From contig JAUIBQ010000004.1 of the NCBI GenBank assembly GCA_030427445.1, positions 1 to 60,712 on the forward strand: a stretch of 60,712 nt of DNA, read 5' to 3'. The stretch comes from a bacterium. GTDB taxonomy: Bacteria; Patescibacteriota; Saccharimonadia; Saccharimonadales; SZUA-47. Made by a program: the position numbers and the translations under genes. Below are positions 54,501 to 60,712 of this stretch, piece after piece. Numbering within the stretch: position 1 is the stretch's first letter; each line of letters starts with the position of its first letter. The notes under the pieces are model-generated. The model was not told the origin of the DNA and searched no databases. It saw only the letters and a program-made list of their open reading frames with translations.

Positions 54501-56722
54501 TAGAGATCACAAATGATGTAGATAGTATCTTTGCTGGAATCCGTTTTGCTGCATTCAACGCCGAAGCAGCTATCGGTGCATCGTATGATTCCACAAATAA
54601 CTCATCACTAATATTTGGTACCGAAAGCTCAGCTAGTGCGGGAAGCATAACAGAGCGCATGCGTATCCAGTCTTCAGGCGATGTAGGTATCGGCACTGCA
54701 TCTCCTACCAACGCGCTGCATGTGTATAGGACTGGTTTTAGTCCTACGTCAAATGACGACACAGCGTTTCGGGTTGAAGGTAGCTGGGGTGGAGGAATCA
54801 CATTTAGTGAAAACGCCAATCGAGCGATGATTTGGTCGCCTGCTGGTAATTCTCTAGCATTTGGTACTGGTTGTAGCGCTAGTGGCTGCTCAAGTCAGAG
54901 CGGTAATCTGCAAATAGAATCAGGAGGAGATATTGTTGCCGGCAGCACTTCGAACGGTACTACAAATGTCAGACAGTTCAAGTTGCAGAGTGAAGGGTTT
55001 GCAGTGGTTAACCTAAAAGGCGATACTGAAAATTCAGCTGGTGAGCCAGGTGGAGCAGGTATTAAGCTGTCTGTAGATAATAATACCGATTCGAGTTATA
55101 ACGGGCTGTTCTCAATGATAAATTCTGCAGGTACAGATGGAGTGGGCGGCACGTATACTGGTACAGCAAGTAACAGCTTGCTACTCGGAACAGTCAATAA
55201 CTATCCACTTCAGTTCGGTGTGAATTCTAGTGTTGCACTAACACTCGAGAACTCAGGGACTCTCCAGTTCCCAAACAATACACAAGCTAAGATTAATCTT
55301 TACAGTACTACGTATGGACTAGGCGTAAGTGGCAACACATTGCAAGTTTATTCAGATAGGTATGTCGACTTCAACTCACTTGGTTATAACGGAACGACTC
55401 GAGTAGTATTTGACCTCGACAACGGTAACGCGACCTTTAACGGTACACTGCGTGCAGATAACGGCTTCGTTGCAGATGGCAATACTGTCATTGATAACGG
55501 CGGTGGCTGGCACCGCGCTCATGGTGACACAGGGTTTTATATCCAAGACTATACAGCAGGTATTCGAGCACTTGATGTACGTGTTCTTGATACCTACGAG
55601 AACAACGATTTTGATGTTAATGGTGGTGATCTCTATGTTCGAAACAGCGGTACATCTGTCGCAACGAACGGTAGTAACGGTGACTATACACGAATTCATC
55701 ATAACGGAACTAGTGGTTATATCGATGCGACCGGTGCTATAGTTTTAAGATCAAACGGAGGATCGGGAGGATTTACTGCTACCCTTGCAACAAACGGTAA
55801 TTTCACTGTCGGTTCCGGGTCACTGTTTGCTGATAACTTCGTGCCTACTGCAACAGGTTTCCCATATGTCGGAGCTTCAGCAGCGACGCAGAGCGCAGGA
55901 TCGGCATGCCGTTCAGGTAGTACAGGGCTTGGTTATGCGATTGGACGATGTTCATCTCTTCAGCAATATAAAGACTATACGACAGATATACCTTACGGGT
56001 TAGACACTCTTAGAGACTTGCGTCCTGTTAAGTATAAGTGGAACATCGATAGCATGGAGTGGGATATTGGATTTATCGCGGAAGAAGTTAATGCAGTAAA
56101 TCCAATCTTTAATGAGTATGCAGATGGTGAGCTTTCTGGTGTTAAGTACAGTCACTTAACTGCTTTGATTACTAAAGCCGTTCAGCAACTTGATGTTCAG
56201 GTGCAATCACACGACACACGTCTCTCTGCGCTAGAATCTTCCACTACAAACTTAACAAAGAAAAACATCACTGTTACAAATCAAACTACTACTGGTAAGT
56301 TATCTGTTACTGGCACTGCAACACTAACTAATCTCAAAGTAACAGGCGCTACTGAGGTTGCAGACCTTAAAGTAAACGGGAAGATTATCTCTGCAGGAAG
56401 TACCCCAACAGCAGTGTTGGGAGTGTCAACAACAGGAAATGGCTCGACATATTCAATTAGTGGCAACGATACAGCAGGAAGTGTAGAGATTACTACTGGT
56501 ACCGACACGCCTGCTAACCCACTTGCTTCTGGAGTGCAGGCATCGATTACATTTACCGAAGCATACAGTTCAGCACCGAGGGTAACGCTAACCCCAACAA
56601 GTGAAGCTGCTGCAGAGATTGGATATTACATTACTAAAACAACGTCTGGATTTAAGATACGATTTACTCAACAACCTCAGGCGAATACAACGTATAGCTT
56701 CGATTACCAGACCATCCAATAG
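45548..56722 (+). CDS. Giant exported tail-fibre-like protein (3724 aa) with beta-helix and peptidase S74 chaperone
   Basis: Signal peptide ending AEA; TLNFQGRLLD domain; beta-helix (~46870-48080); AGTGLSGGG and GGTG fibre repeats; SSLQQYK...LRPVKYKW...GFIAEEV...Y..L plus coiled coil. Confidence 0.9.
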   Translation: MHYSGRDARKAFKVKKKALLENHSSGNAFFIAFKDLGSTLRIKWILFACICLVVPFSVLPSSLTGQIAEAAPADTLNFQGRLLDSSGGLTSDGFYDIEFNLYDNASGGSSLWTETWNTGTSQVRIANGYFSVYLGTHTSFPSLDWTDDKFLTMNVEGDGEMNPRFRLTAVPYAFAAQQATELVASDSGFTTNVTVDTPTQNNSITLPDESGEVCLTSGNCAGVGGVGDILDGGQTGAISIGTTNDTTLTLLQNNNAALTVNSSQLLQFNAYSCSTFANGGTLTTDASGNVICADDDGGGGGSGVTTIGTIDGGTLSSNGASISGTTLYLQAASTLYPGLVTTGSQTFAGSKTFNSPAVFQDLTISAGESLQINSEWFGDLTGNGLTNSGSALTVLVQANKGLEVDSNGISLIDCADGQILQYATGSSSWACADTAGTGSDEIITVAAVDSTATQKAAADYVADGTSDETEINNALTEAYNSGVGGEVILLGGTFTVDGSISIPNNTTLSGEGSGTVIELDNLDSDINLITNTDTSGGTGVVVRDLTLDGRSDLNTAGNQFAILFSGMGSVSADRAGGLIENVSIVDFSPAGGFFYGGIALNGSDNNVISGNTLEGNGFGVYVGGSSKNKITDNYISGGNLGIYAQLTSNDNVIADNTISEHSLHGIHFDSSGTGTAITGNTIENNDQFGVYLENGFYYASIVGNTITSNDYGGIYLDIAHGSTIAGNTFDGNAGAVSTYAATDNTIVGNTITNSSIGGVYLEQSDTNIVSDNIFTNNAGDNIYLESDSNNNTISNNIITDSAASGFAIEINGATNDNNYLSNNTYSGTGAAGINDSGTNTIYAGQVDTSGNYDIQPTGTVELLANTNLTGDFDVTGTTSFDGAVTIGDAVGDTLTVNAGSIQFANNFVSCTAINSDASGNLGCDTNTYLTAGTISLQGSYDGGNTILADNAGGDIDFTVSEATSFTVDITGTGSFQVQDSGVAVFTIADGGAVTATQLVTLNGGLTVEAGDTFTFNNDAFTDLTGTGLQINSGSLETTLGTTIETSEITDANVTNSKLANSQLAVNTGSGLAGGGNISLGGSRTLSLGDLSSDWTQAGGYDIILDNAGSELRIVEASGGIYYGEFDVTDLNADRLYTFPDASGEVSVLGQIIENGELQNSNVTITAGTGLSGGGLVALGGSVSLTSTLGSSIDGTEIDNGTIEAIDFEVTAAPTDNYVLSYDSATGGFTWVDPGAVGTQLTEAEVEDYIFDADNGVKVLSSGQLALNSLTYTGQLENANISDTLTIGSSSTVDDGALSTNVSLLGSSIALGSETTGNYVQSISTGNGIQGGVSGVGSTPALSLSDLTANWNQTAAFDLVLDNTDSQLRILDDAGTYYGEFNVTGIGSDQVYNFGTGGVILSSGNIASYATTGVTAGAGLVNGGTTGTITLDVGAGNGLTVNANDIEVDYGSSANTAVEGNTTITISAGTGLSGGGLLTLGAGGTVTLNSNLGDTIDSSEIVNGTIQGADLESTNSATDTYVLTYDSATDGFTYVSQAAVGSAGGSGVTSLNSLTGALSINGNSQISVAPSGTDIDLSIATGSIGATQLGSTAVTASSYGSASQVATFTVDGDGRLTAAGNTSISIAATQVTSGTLSVSRGGTGVGSHTSGGILLGNGTSAIQNTGVLTNGQLLIGDGSGAPTVATLSSGSGINITNGSGSITIASTLGTAVDGSEIVNGSIEAVDIESTNVAGAGTDNYLLSYDNATGGFTYVDGGSVGTTLTEAQVEAYIFDGDNSGILSSGTLALNSLSYTGSLGVSNGGTGLTSAGAAGGVYYSTGTAFANSGVGTSGQCLLSSGAGAPTWGNCGGSGAGAVTLQVAYDQGNTITTTNARNIAYTLANTATDSDFVVNIASGSSSEVAFQFNGSSLLRIDSGGIDLIDVDVADFSGATVTFDAGEILETEIAQNSLDDSEIEDDSLTSSSLAANSVDSSELSSTTVGAGSYGTASSVSSFTVDADGRLTAASNTPIAIAATQITSGQLNDARLSANVALLDRSGQTFTGANTFSAAGTALTVTNNVSIGGSLSLAGSVVRSWSASDTDVDSLVTGTTSSGTLVESPENAHFTIGLRENGADDSFSIISGDGNYSSDTTYDKVVLRVNANGATTLGGNTTIQGDLTATGANLILGTTDLSEADLDALDDGVINLNTETTGTLSVGNGGTGTTTLASGVLFGNGTSAITSTGTLSNGQLLIGDGSGAPSLATLTQGSGVTITNGAGSISIASTLGTSIDSSEITNGSIAEVDLSISNSQASGWVLTSDGSGGFTWVDPGTVGSTLDEATVESYIFDGDNSGTLSSGTLALDSLSYTGDLNDAQISNSLTITAGSVNGSVLTAGSVANGSLANSSITVTTGNGLTGGGGVSLGGSLGLSLSALTANWDQTGAYDIVLNNAASELQILESVGGTYYGTFDVGNLSSNQTFTFLNGGTVVTSSNTSTYATTGVTAGSGLTGGGTTGVLGVNVGAGTGITVNADDIEVDYGNTAGTAVEGNTSISVTAGTGLSGGGSITLGSGGSVSLQSTLGTNIDSSEIVNGTIQEVDLEVTNAGTDNYLLSYDSATGGFTWVDPTGVGVNEATVEAYIFDGDNSGTLSSGTLALNSLSYTGSLGVSNGGTGLTSAGAAGGVYYSTGTGFANSGAGTSGNCLVSNGAGAPSWGACGGGAGLTTLQVAYDNGSNLTTTNNRDIEFVLADTTTDSSFIINLQGTGNLFDVQDAGTSKLTVDGAGNVGINDASPGYNLDVNGTFRVVGASYFNGHIDLGNATTDNISFIGQVDSDILPATNDTYSLGSSTLRWQDLYLGPASLHIGADGDEGVLSYNTGTNQFNFDKTVRIDAGSDTNGGLLVNGTSQPNIMIANAGTIRARLAVATVGGGYSSDSSVNDVILRSEGTRLLFNTNGGGASSLAVNGADVGIGTQNPNARLQVNVNNSGVSGDLNTTGVVSDLDSRDGVIEITNDVDSIFAGIRFAAFNAEAAIGASYDSTNNSSLIFGTESSASAGSITERMRIQSSGDVGIGTASPTNALHVYRTGFSPTSNDDTAFRVEGSWGGGITFSENANRAMIWSPAGNSLAFGTGCSASGCSSQSGNLQIESGGDIVAGSTSNGTTNVRQFKLQSEGFAVVNLKGDTENSAGEPGGAGIKLSVDNNTDSSYNGLFSMINSAGTDGVGGTYTGTASNSLLLGTVNNYPLQFGVNSSVALTLENSGTLQFPNNTQAKINLYSTTYGLGVSGNTLQVYSDRYVDFNSLGYNGTTRVVFDLDNGNATFNGTLRADNGFVADGNTVIDNGGGWHRAHGDTGFYIQDYTAGIRALDVRVLDTYENNDFDVNGGDLYVRNSGTSVATNGSNGDYTRIHHNGTSGYIDATGAIVLRSNGGSGGFTATLATNGNFTVGSGSLFADNFVPTATGFPYVGASAATQSAGSACRSGSTGLGYAIGRCSSLQQYKDYTTDIPYGLDTLRDLRPVKYKWNIDSMEWDIGFIAEEVNAVNPIFNEYADGELSGVKYSHLTALITKAVQQLDVQVQSHDTRLSALESSTTNLTKKNITVTNQTTTGKLSVTGTATLTNLKVTGATEVADLKVNGKIISAGSTPTAVLGVSTTGNGSTYSISGNDTAGSVEITTGTDTPANPLASGVQASITFTEAYSSAPRVTLTPTSEAAAEIGYYITKTTSGFKIRFTQQPQANTTYSFDYQTIQ
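45593..45640 (+). terminator. Terminator-like hairpin inside the 5' part of gene 3
   Basis: GCATTACTAGAG-AATCATAG-CTCTGGTAATGC-T7. Confidence 0.75.
50845..51008 (+). repeat. 164-bp intragenic repeat, copy 1
   Basis: 161/164 identical to 53386-53549. Confidence 0.9.
53386..53549 (+). repeat. 164-bp intragenic repeat, copy 2
   Basis: 161/164 identical to 50845-51008. Confidence 0.9.
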
Positions 56723-56819
56723 TCTAGTGGTGTCATGTACAGAAAGAGACTAGATGACTAACTTACGGCACCAACTTTAGTGGTAAATGAGGGATCCAAA
56801 AAGCAAGATAGGTTAAGAG

Positions 56820-58007
56820 TTACTTAGACTCAGGTAGGCCGGTAGTTGTTGCACGATGGAGCAGGTCACTTACAGCCTGGCCTATCTTAAGGTGTCCGTC
56901 GCTGTCAGGGTGTAGGGAGTCTGCGCCACCACCATTAAAGTTGGGGTTATTATAATTGTCGAAGAATTGTTCGTCGCCTTTGCCATCGAGGTCAGTATCC
57001 ATACCATAGTCAACAGGAGTTAGGATACCTCGAGCTAGTAGCTCATCATTTAAACTAGCAATTTCATTAAATACTTCTGGATTTTGCGAAAAGTACCCCC
57101 AAGCAGAAGCTACAGGAGGGGTGGGCAATACAATAACATTCTCTACTCCCATGCTTTTCATGTAGTGAACTGCTGCGTTAATATCATCAGCTGCTTTTAC
57201 AATCTTTTCCTGTGAAGGTAGTTTCGAACTGTTGATTTCATTAATCGAGGGAGTCAAAAGTACTGTATCCGGAGTGTTATCGCCACCTAAGAAATAGTCC
57301 TGAACCTGGTCTAGTAGCCTACTATTTGCACTGTTACTGAGTGGGTTTTCTGTACCTATAGTTTGGCCTGGTACAGCAAGATTTTCTACCGTTACATGTG
57401 ATGTTACAGGGTCGTTGTGTAATGATTGTTCTACGATATCAACCCAGCCTGGTGTTTCATTGCCGTGGTTTGCGACGATTGAGTCACCTAATATTACGAT
57501 TTTGTTCATGTTTATAGGAGATGTTGTTTCTACAGCCGAGCTTCCATCTCGTCCTTCTATTGTTGTTGAATGCGACGAGTTAGTAGGTTGTGCTACCGTA
57601 GTGCTAGCTATAGAGCTTTGGGGGGAATTCGTTTCGTGAAGAGGTGTGCCTGTGTCTGTTTTGGTCGGCGTGTCAGCTAGTTCACCCGTAGGGTAATAAT
57701 CTAAGTAGTTAGTGTCATGAAGTGGTTCTGACGATGCTGGTAATGTCGTAGAAGGCAAGGGTGCTGCAATAACATCATTTGGCCCGATATCATCCTGTGT
57801 AACTAGAGTCTGCTCTATAGTAGGTTCTTCCCGAACATTAGGAAGCATAAAAGTAGCAATTGTCGCGAGGGTGACTAGGGCACCACCTTTTCTAATTAAT
57901 GACCGTCTGCGCACCTCAGGAGCGGGAGCGTTATTTTGAGCAGAGGAGCCTTCACTAGTCTCTAGTAAGGTATCAATATACGTAAAATCTTCGGTGGGAC
58001 TGTTCAT
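56820..58007 (-). CDS. Membrane-anchored SGNH/GDSL hydrolase
   Basis: TM, Thr/Pro/Ser linker, LGDSI block I, DSLHP block V; ATG 58007 is 6 nt after TGtTATAAT. Confidence 0.85.
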   Translation of the reverse strand: MNSPTEDFTYIDTLLETSEGSSAQNNAPAPEVRRRSLIRKGGALVTLATIATFMLPNVREEPTIEQTLVTQDDIGPNDVIAAPLPSTTLPASSEPLHDTNYLDYYPTGELADTPTKTDTGTPLHETNSPQSSIASTTVAQPTNSSHSTTIEGRDGSSAVETTSPINMNKIVILGDSIVANHGNETPGWVDIVEQSLHNDPVTSHVTVENLAVPGQTIGTENPLSNSANSRLLDQVQDYFLGGDNTPDTVLLTPSINEINSSKLPSQEKIVKAADDINAAVHYMKSMGVENVIVLPTPPVASAWGYFSQNPEVFNEIASLNDELLARGILTPVDYGMDTDLDGKGDEQFFDNYNNPNFNGGGADSLHPDSDGHLKIGQAVSDLLHRATTTGLPESK

Positions 58008-58131
58008 GGTTTCATTATAACACTTATGTATAAAAATGTAAAGGGGGGAGTAAACTGTATATCCTTTTAATAGTAGTATCATACTGCTAGCAATGAAATA
58101 CTAAATTATACTATGGCTGTCTTTCGGTGAA

Positions 58132-58195
58132 TGTGGAAAAATTAAAGATTTCACAGTAGCGAAATATTGCTTTTTACAACAGATGTCGTTACAGT
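58132..58195 (+). promoter_or_regulatory. Promoter of giant gene 4 with DnaA-box consensus
   Basis: TGTGGAAAA (58132-58140), TTGCTT (58167), 17 nt, TACAGT (58190). Confidence 0.6.
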
Positions 58196-58317
58196 GTTAG
58201 GTAGATCTGACTGACAAACAAAAAACGAAAAACAAACAGATCACAAGAACCAACTGAGAGGCAGGGTGAAACCTGCTACTTTTGGTAAAAACACAAAACT
58301 AAAACCAAAGGCAAAAA

Positions 58318-60712
58318 TTGCTGTCAACGCTCCACAATAAGCAAAGGCATGCTGTATGGCAAAAGAGGACATACGTCTACTTACTTTTGCCAATTTTTAT
58401 TTTGGTTTCAGTTTTTGCAGGTTTGGCAATCAGTCAGCAATCAGCTTCAGCCGCCACGTCTAGCACGTTGAACTTCCAAGGAAGGCTACTCGATATCGAC
58501 GGAGGGCTTGTAAGTGACGGGTCGTACAATATCCAGTTCAAGATTTACGACTCAGCAAGCTCAGGTCAAAGTGCGGCTGGTGTTTGTTCGCTCGATTCAA
58601 GCACGGATGATTGTTGGTGGATTGAAAACAGAACTGTCACTGTACGAAACGGTTATTTCTCGGTGTATTTGGCAGATGTGGCAAACGGTGGAACTGCGTT
58701 TACGGCAGGTATCCCGTGGGATCAAGAGCTTTGGCTAACAATGAACGTGAACAGTGATGGCGAGATGTCTCCAAGATTTAAGCTCACCGCAGTACCGTAT
58801 GCATTTCGTGCTGGTGCTCTCGTCGATGCTAGTGGCGCTGAAAAGACAGCTGATGACTTTGCTCAGCTCGCTCCAGTATCAGTACAAGCAGTCAATGCTG
58901 CAAACGCTGCACTTCGCTTGAACCAAACGGGAACAGGAAACTTGCTACAGCTTCAAGGCGATGGTTCAGACGTGTTTGTCGTCGACAAGTCTGGTAATAC
59001 GACAATCGGCGGTGGTTTGACTCTTGGTAGCTCGACATCAACGACGGCCGGAACCATACGCTGGACGGGCACTGACTTCGAAGGGTTTAACGGTTCAAGC
59101 TGGGATTCATTGACCAGTGGAGGAGGTGGTGGGGGCGGTGGTTTGTCAACGCCGGCTGCAGCGACGTTCTACGATGGCACAGGTGGTGCAACGGTGGTCT
59201 CTGGTTCTTTTTCGACGATTAACATCGATTCGACACTTAGCAACTCCGAACCTGGAGTAATAACACTTTCAGGAGATGAAGTGACTATTGGAGAGGACGG
59301 TTACTACGAAGTCAGTTACGATGTGACCGCTCGACTGAGCTCAGGTACTCGATCAGGGTTTAACGCAAAGCTACAGCTCGACTCTGGCGGAGGATACGTC
59401 GACGTGTCTGGTTCTGAAGGGTATCACTATGGACGAATCACGAGTGAAACCCAAGGCACATCGTCAGCGTCAGTCGTCTTAAATCTCACAGCTGGTGATA
59501 AAGTTCGTATTCAGGCAAGCGGAACGTCCCAATCGTTCACTACCATTAGCAATGGTAGTCGATTGTCCGTCGTACGACTTGCTGCGGGAGGCGCAAGCAG
59601 CGGAGACTCGTTCGTGAATAACGGCAACACATTCAACTCACTCGCCATACTTGGTACCACAGATACCTACGGTCTTCAACTTATAACTGATGGCAATCCC
59701 GTCCTTGATATCACTGCAACTGGTGACTCTACCTTCACAGGAGCTCTCGATGTAGACGAGCTACTGACTGCTAACAATGGACTCACACTTACTTCTGGTG
59801 ACCTAGATCTAAGTGGAGGAGATATTCTTAACGCAGGAAGTATCACTGCTACTTCATTCGCTGGTGATGGCTCAGGGTTAACAGCTCTTAATGCTGGTCA
59901 AATAACCACAGGCACACTAGATGATCTCAGGCTATCGTCAAATGTTGCGCTGTTGGATACGGCGCAGACTTATAGTGCACTTCAGAACTTTAGTACTGCT
60001 CTACGCGTCGGCAATACCGCAGACACAACAGCCGGTAATATACGTTGGACCGGAGCTGACCTCGAAGTATATGATGGCACTGATTGGGTCAGCCTTACGA
60101 GCGGAGGGTCGGTTGATCCGCCGGGTGATTACATTAGCGTGACTACAACGAGTAACTCTAATGCGGCTGCTGGGCCGTATGATGCTTTTGAGTCAGGAAA
60201 CTATGGTTCATATACAAGCACAACAAATGCCTCAAATGGAATTACTTATACGCCTGCAAATGGTAGGTTCACTATTGCAGAAGATGGTACATATAATATA
60301 GCGAGCACAATGCAGGTAGAGACAAGTAGCAACGCTTTGGTTAACTTTATTGTTCGAGTTAATGGTGTGAGTGTTTATACGCACGATACGTTTATACATA
60401 CAGCTGTAGACCCTGCCGAGCGAAGCATATCACTATTGCAAGATCTTACGGCTGGTGATTACGTTGAGTTCCTTGTACAGGGCCCTTCGGGTAATGTTAC
60501 TGTTCACGGGGGCACAACTGCGACGCTTGTTCCGGTGTCATCTGCTGGTGGTCTTGGCGGTGGGGGCGGTGGCGGCACCGCGTTTGAACAAGGTGGCAAC
60601 ACATTCAACTCACTCGCCATACTTGGTACCACAGATACCTACGGTCTTCAACTTATAACTGATGGCAATCCCGTCCTTGATATCACTGCAACTGGTGACT
60701 CTACCTTCACAG
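58318..60712 (+). CDS. Giant exported protein 4, paralogue of genes 1 and 3 (partial; absent from the ORF track)
   Basis: Manual translation from TTG 58318 (AAAGG upstream): MLSTLHNKQRHAVWQKRTYVYLLLPIFILVSVFAGLAISQQSASA-ATSSTLNFQGRLLD...PRFKLTAVPYAF; two C1q/BclA-like domains (~59160-59580, ~60130-60540); runs off window. Confidence 0.9.
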   Translation, partial: MLSTLHNKQRHAVWQKRTYVYLLLPIFILVSVFAGLAISQQSASAATSSTLNFQGRLLDIDGGLVSDGSYNIQFKIYDSASSGQSAAGVCSLDSSTDDCWWIENRTVTVRNGYFSVYLADVANGGTAFTAGIPWDQELWLTMNVNSDGEMSPRFKLTAVPYAFRAGALVDASGAEKTADDFAQLAPVSVQAVNAANAALRLNQTGTGNLLQLQGDGSDVFVVDKSGNTTIGGGLTLGSSTSTTAGTIRWTGTDFEGFNGSSWDSLTSGGGGGGGGLSTPAAATFYDGTGGATVVSGSFSTINIDSTLSNSEPGVITLSGDEVTIGEDGYYEVSYDVTARLSSGTRSGFNAKLQLDSGGGYVDVSGSEGYHYGRITSETQGTSSASVVLNLTAGDKVRIQASGTSQSFTTISNGSRLSVVRLAAGGASSGDSFVNNGNTFNSLAILGTTDTYGLQLITDGNPVLDITATGDSTFTGALDVDELLTANNGLTLTSGDLDLSGGDILNAGSITATSFAGDGSGLTALNAGQITTGTLDDLRLSSNVALLDTAQTYSALQNFSTALRVGNTADTTAGNIRWTGADLEVYDGTDWVSLTSGGSVDPPGDYISVTTTSNSNAAAGPYDAFESGNYGSYTSTTNASNGITYTPANGRFTIAEDGTYNIASTMQVETSSNALVNFIVRVNGVSVYTHDTFIHTAVDPAERSISLLQDLTAGDYVEFLVQGPSGNVTVHGGTTATLVPVSSAGGLGGGGGGGTAFEQGGNTFNSLAILGTTDTYGLQLITDGNPVLDITATGDSTFT
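59623..59740 (+). repeat. Perfect 118-bp repeat, copy 1
   Basis: Identical to 60595-60712. Confidence 0.92.
60595..60712 (+). repeat. Perfect 118-bp repeat, copy 2 (cut by window end)
   Basis: Identical to 59623-59740. Confidence 0.92.

Noticed and set aside
58514..60658. Three short + strand ORFs near the window end
   Set aside because: Out-of-frame shadows of the long open frame starting at 58318
27483..60712. Prophage tail module
   Set aside because: Proteins have signal peptides and individual sigma70-type promoters; no capsid, portal, terminase or integrase

Overview
Bacterial chromosome segment, probably Patescibacteria/Saccharibacteria. This is inferred from compact housekeeping genes, a short IF-2, a DUF5663-like protein, class II RNR, type-2 IleRS and many leaderless genes. 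1-27.2 kb: 3' end of 23S rRNA, 5S rRNA, a small variable patch, then core genes (rpsA, infB, fmt, def, priA, rpsU, adk, map, ftsA, ftsZ, nrdR-nrdJ, T-box-ppa-like-ileS, rplU). 27.3-60.7 kb: a >33 kb locus of giant exported proteins (3051, 2570, 3724 and >798 aa). Three share an N-terminal TLNFQGRLLD...AVPYAF domain and carry phage-fibre-like parts (beta-helix, peptidase S74 chaperone, C1q-like, CBM-like). The best candidate for an undescribed system is this locus plus its regulation. All three paralogue promoters have a DnaA-box consensus 26-27 bp upstream of the -35, each ORF runs through a terminator-like hairpin, and the first gene carries four in-frame covarying hairpins whose invariant loop is complementary to a 5'-leader motif. 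Also notable: an ultrashort-Stem-I Ile T-box with a terminator, and a nested duplication around the 5S gene. All calls were made by eye with no database searches.
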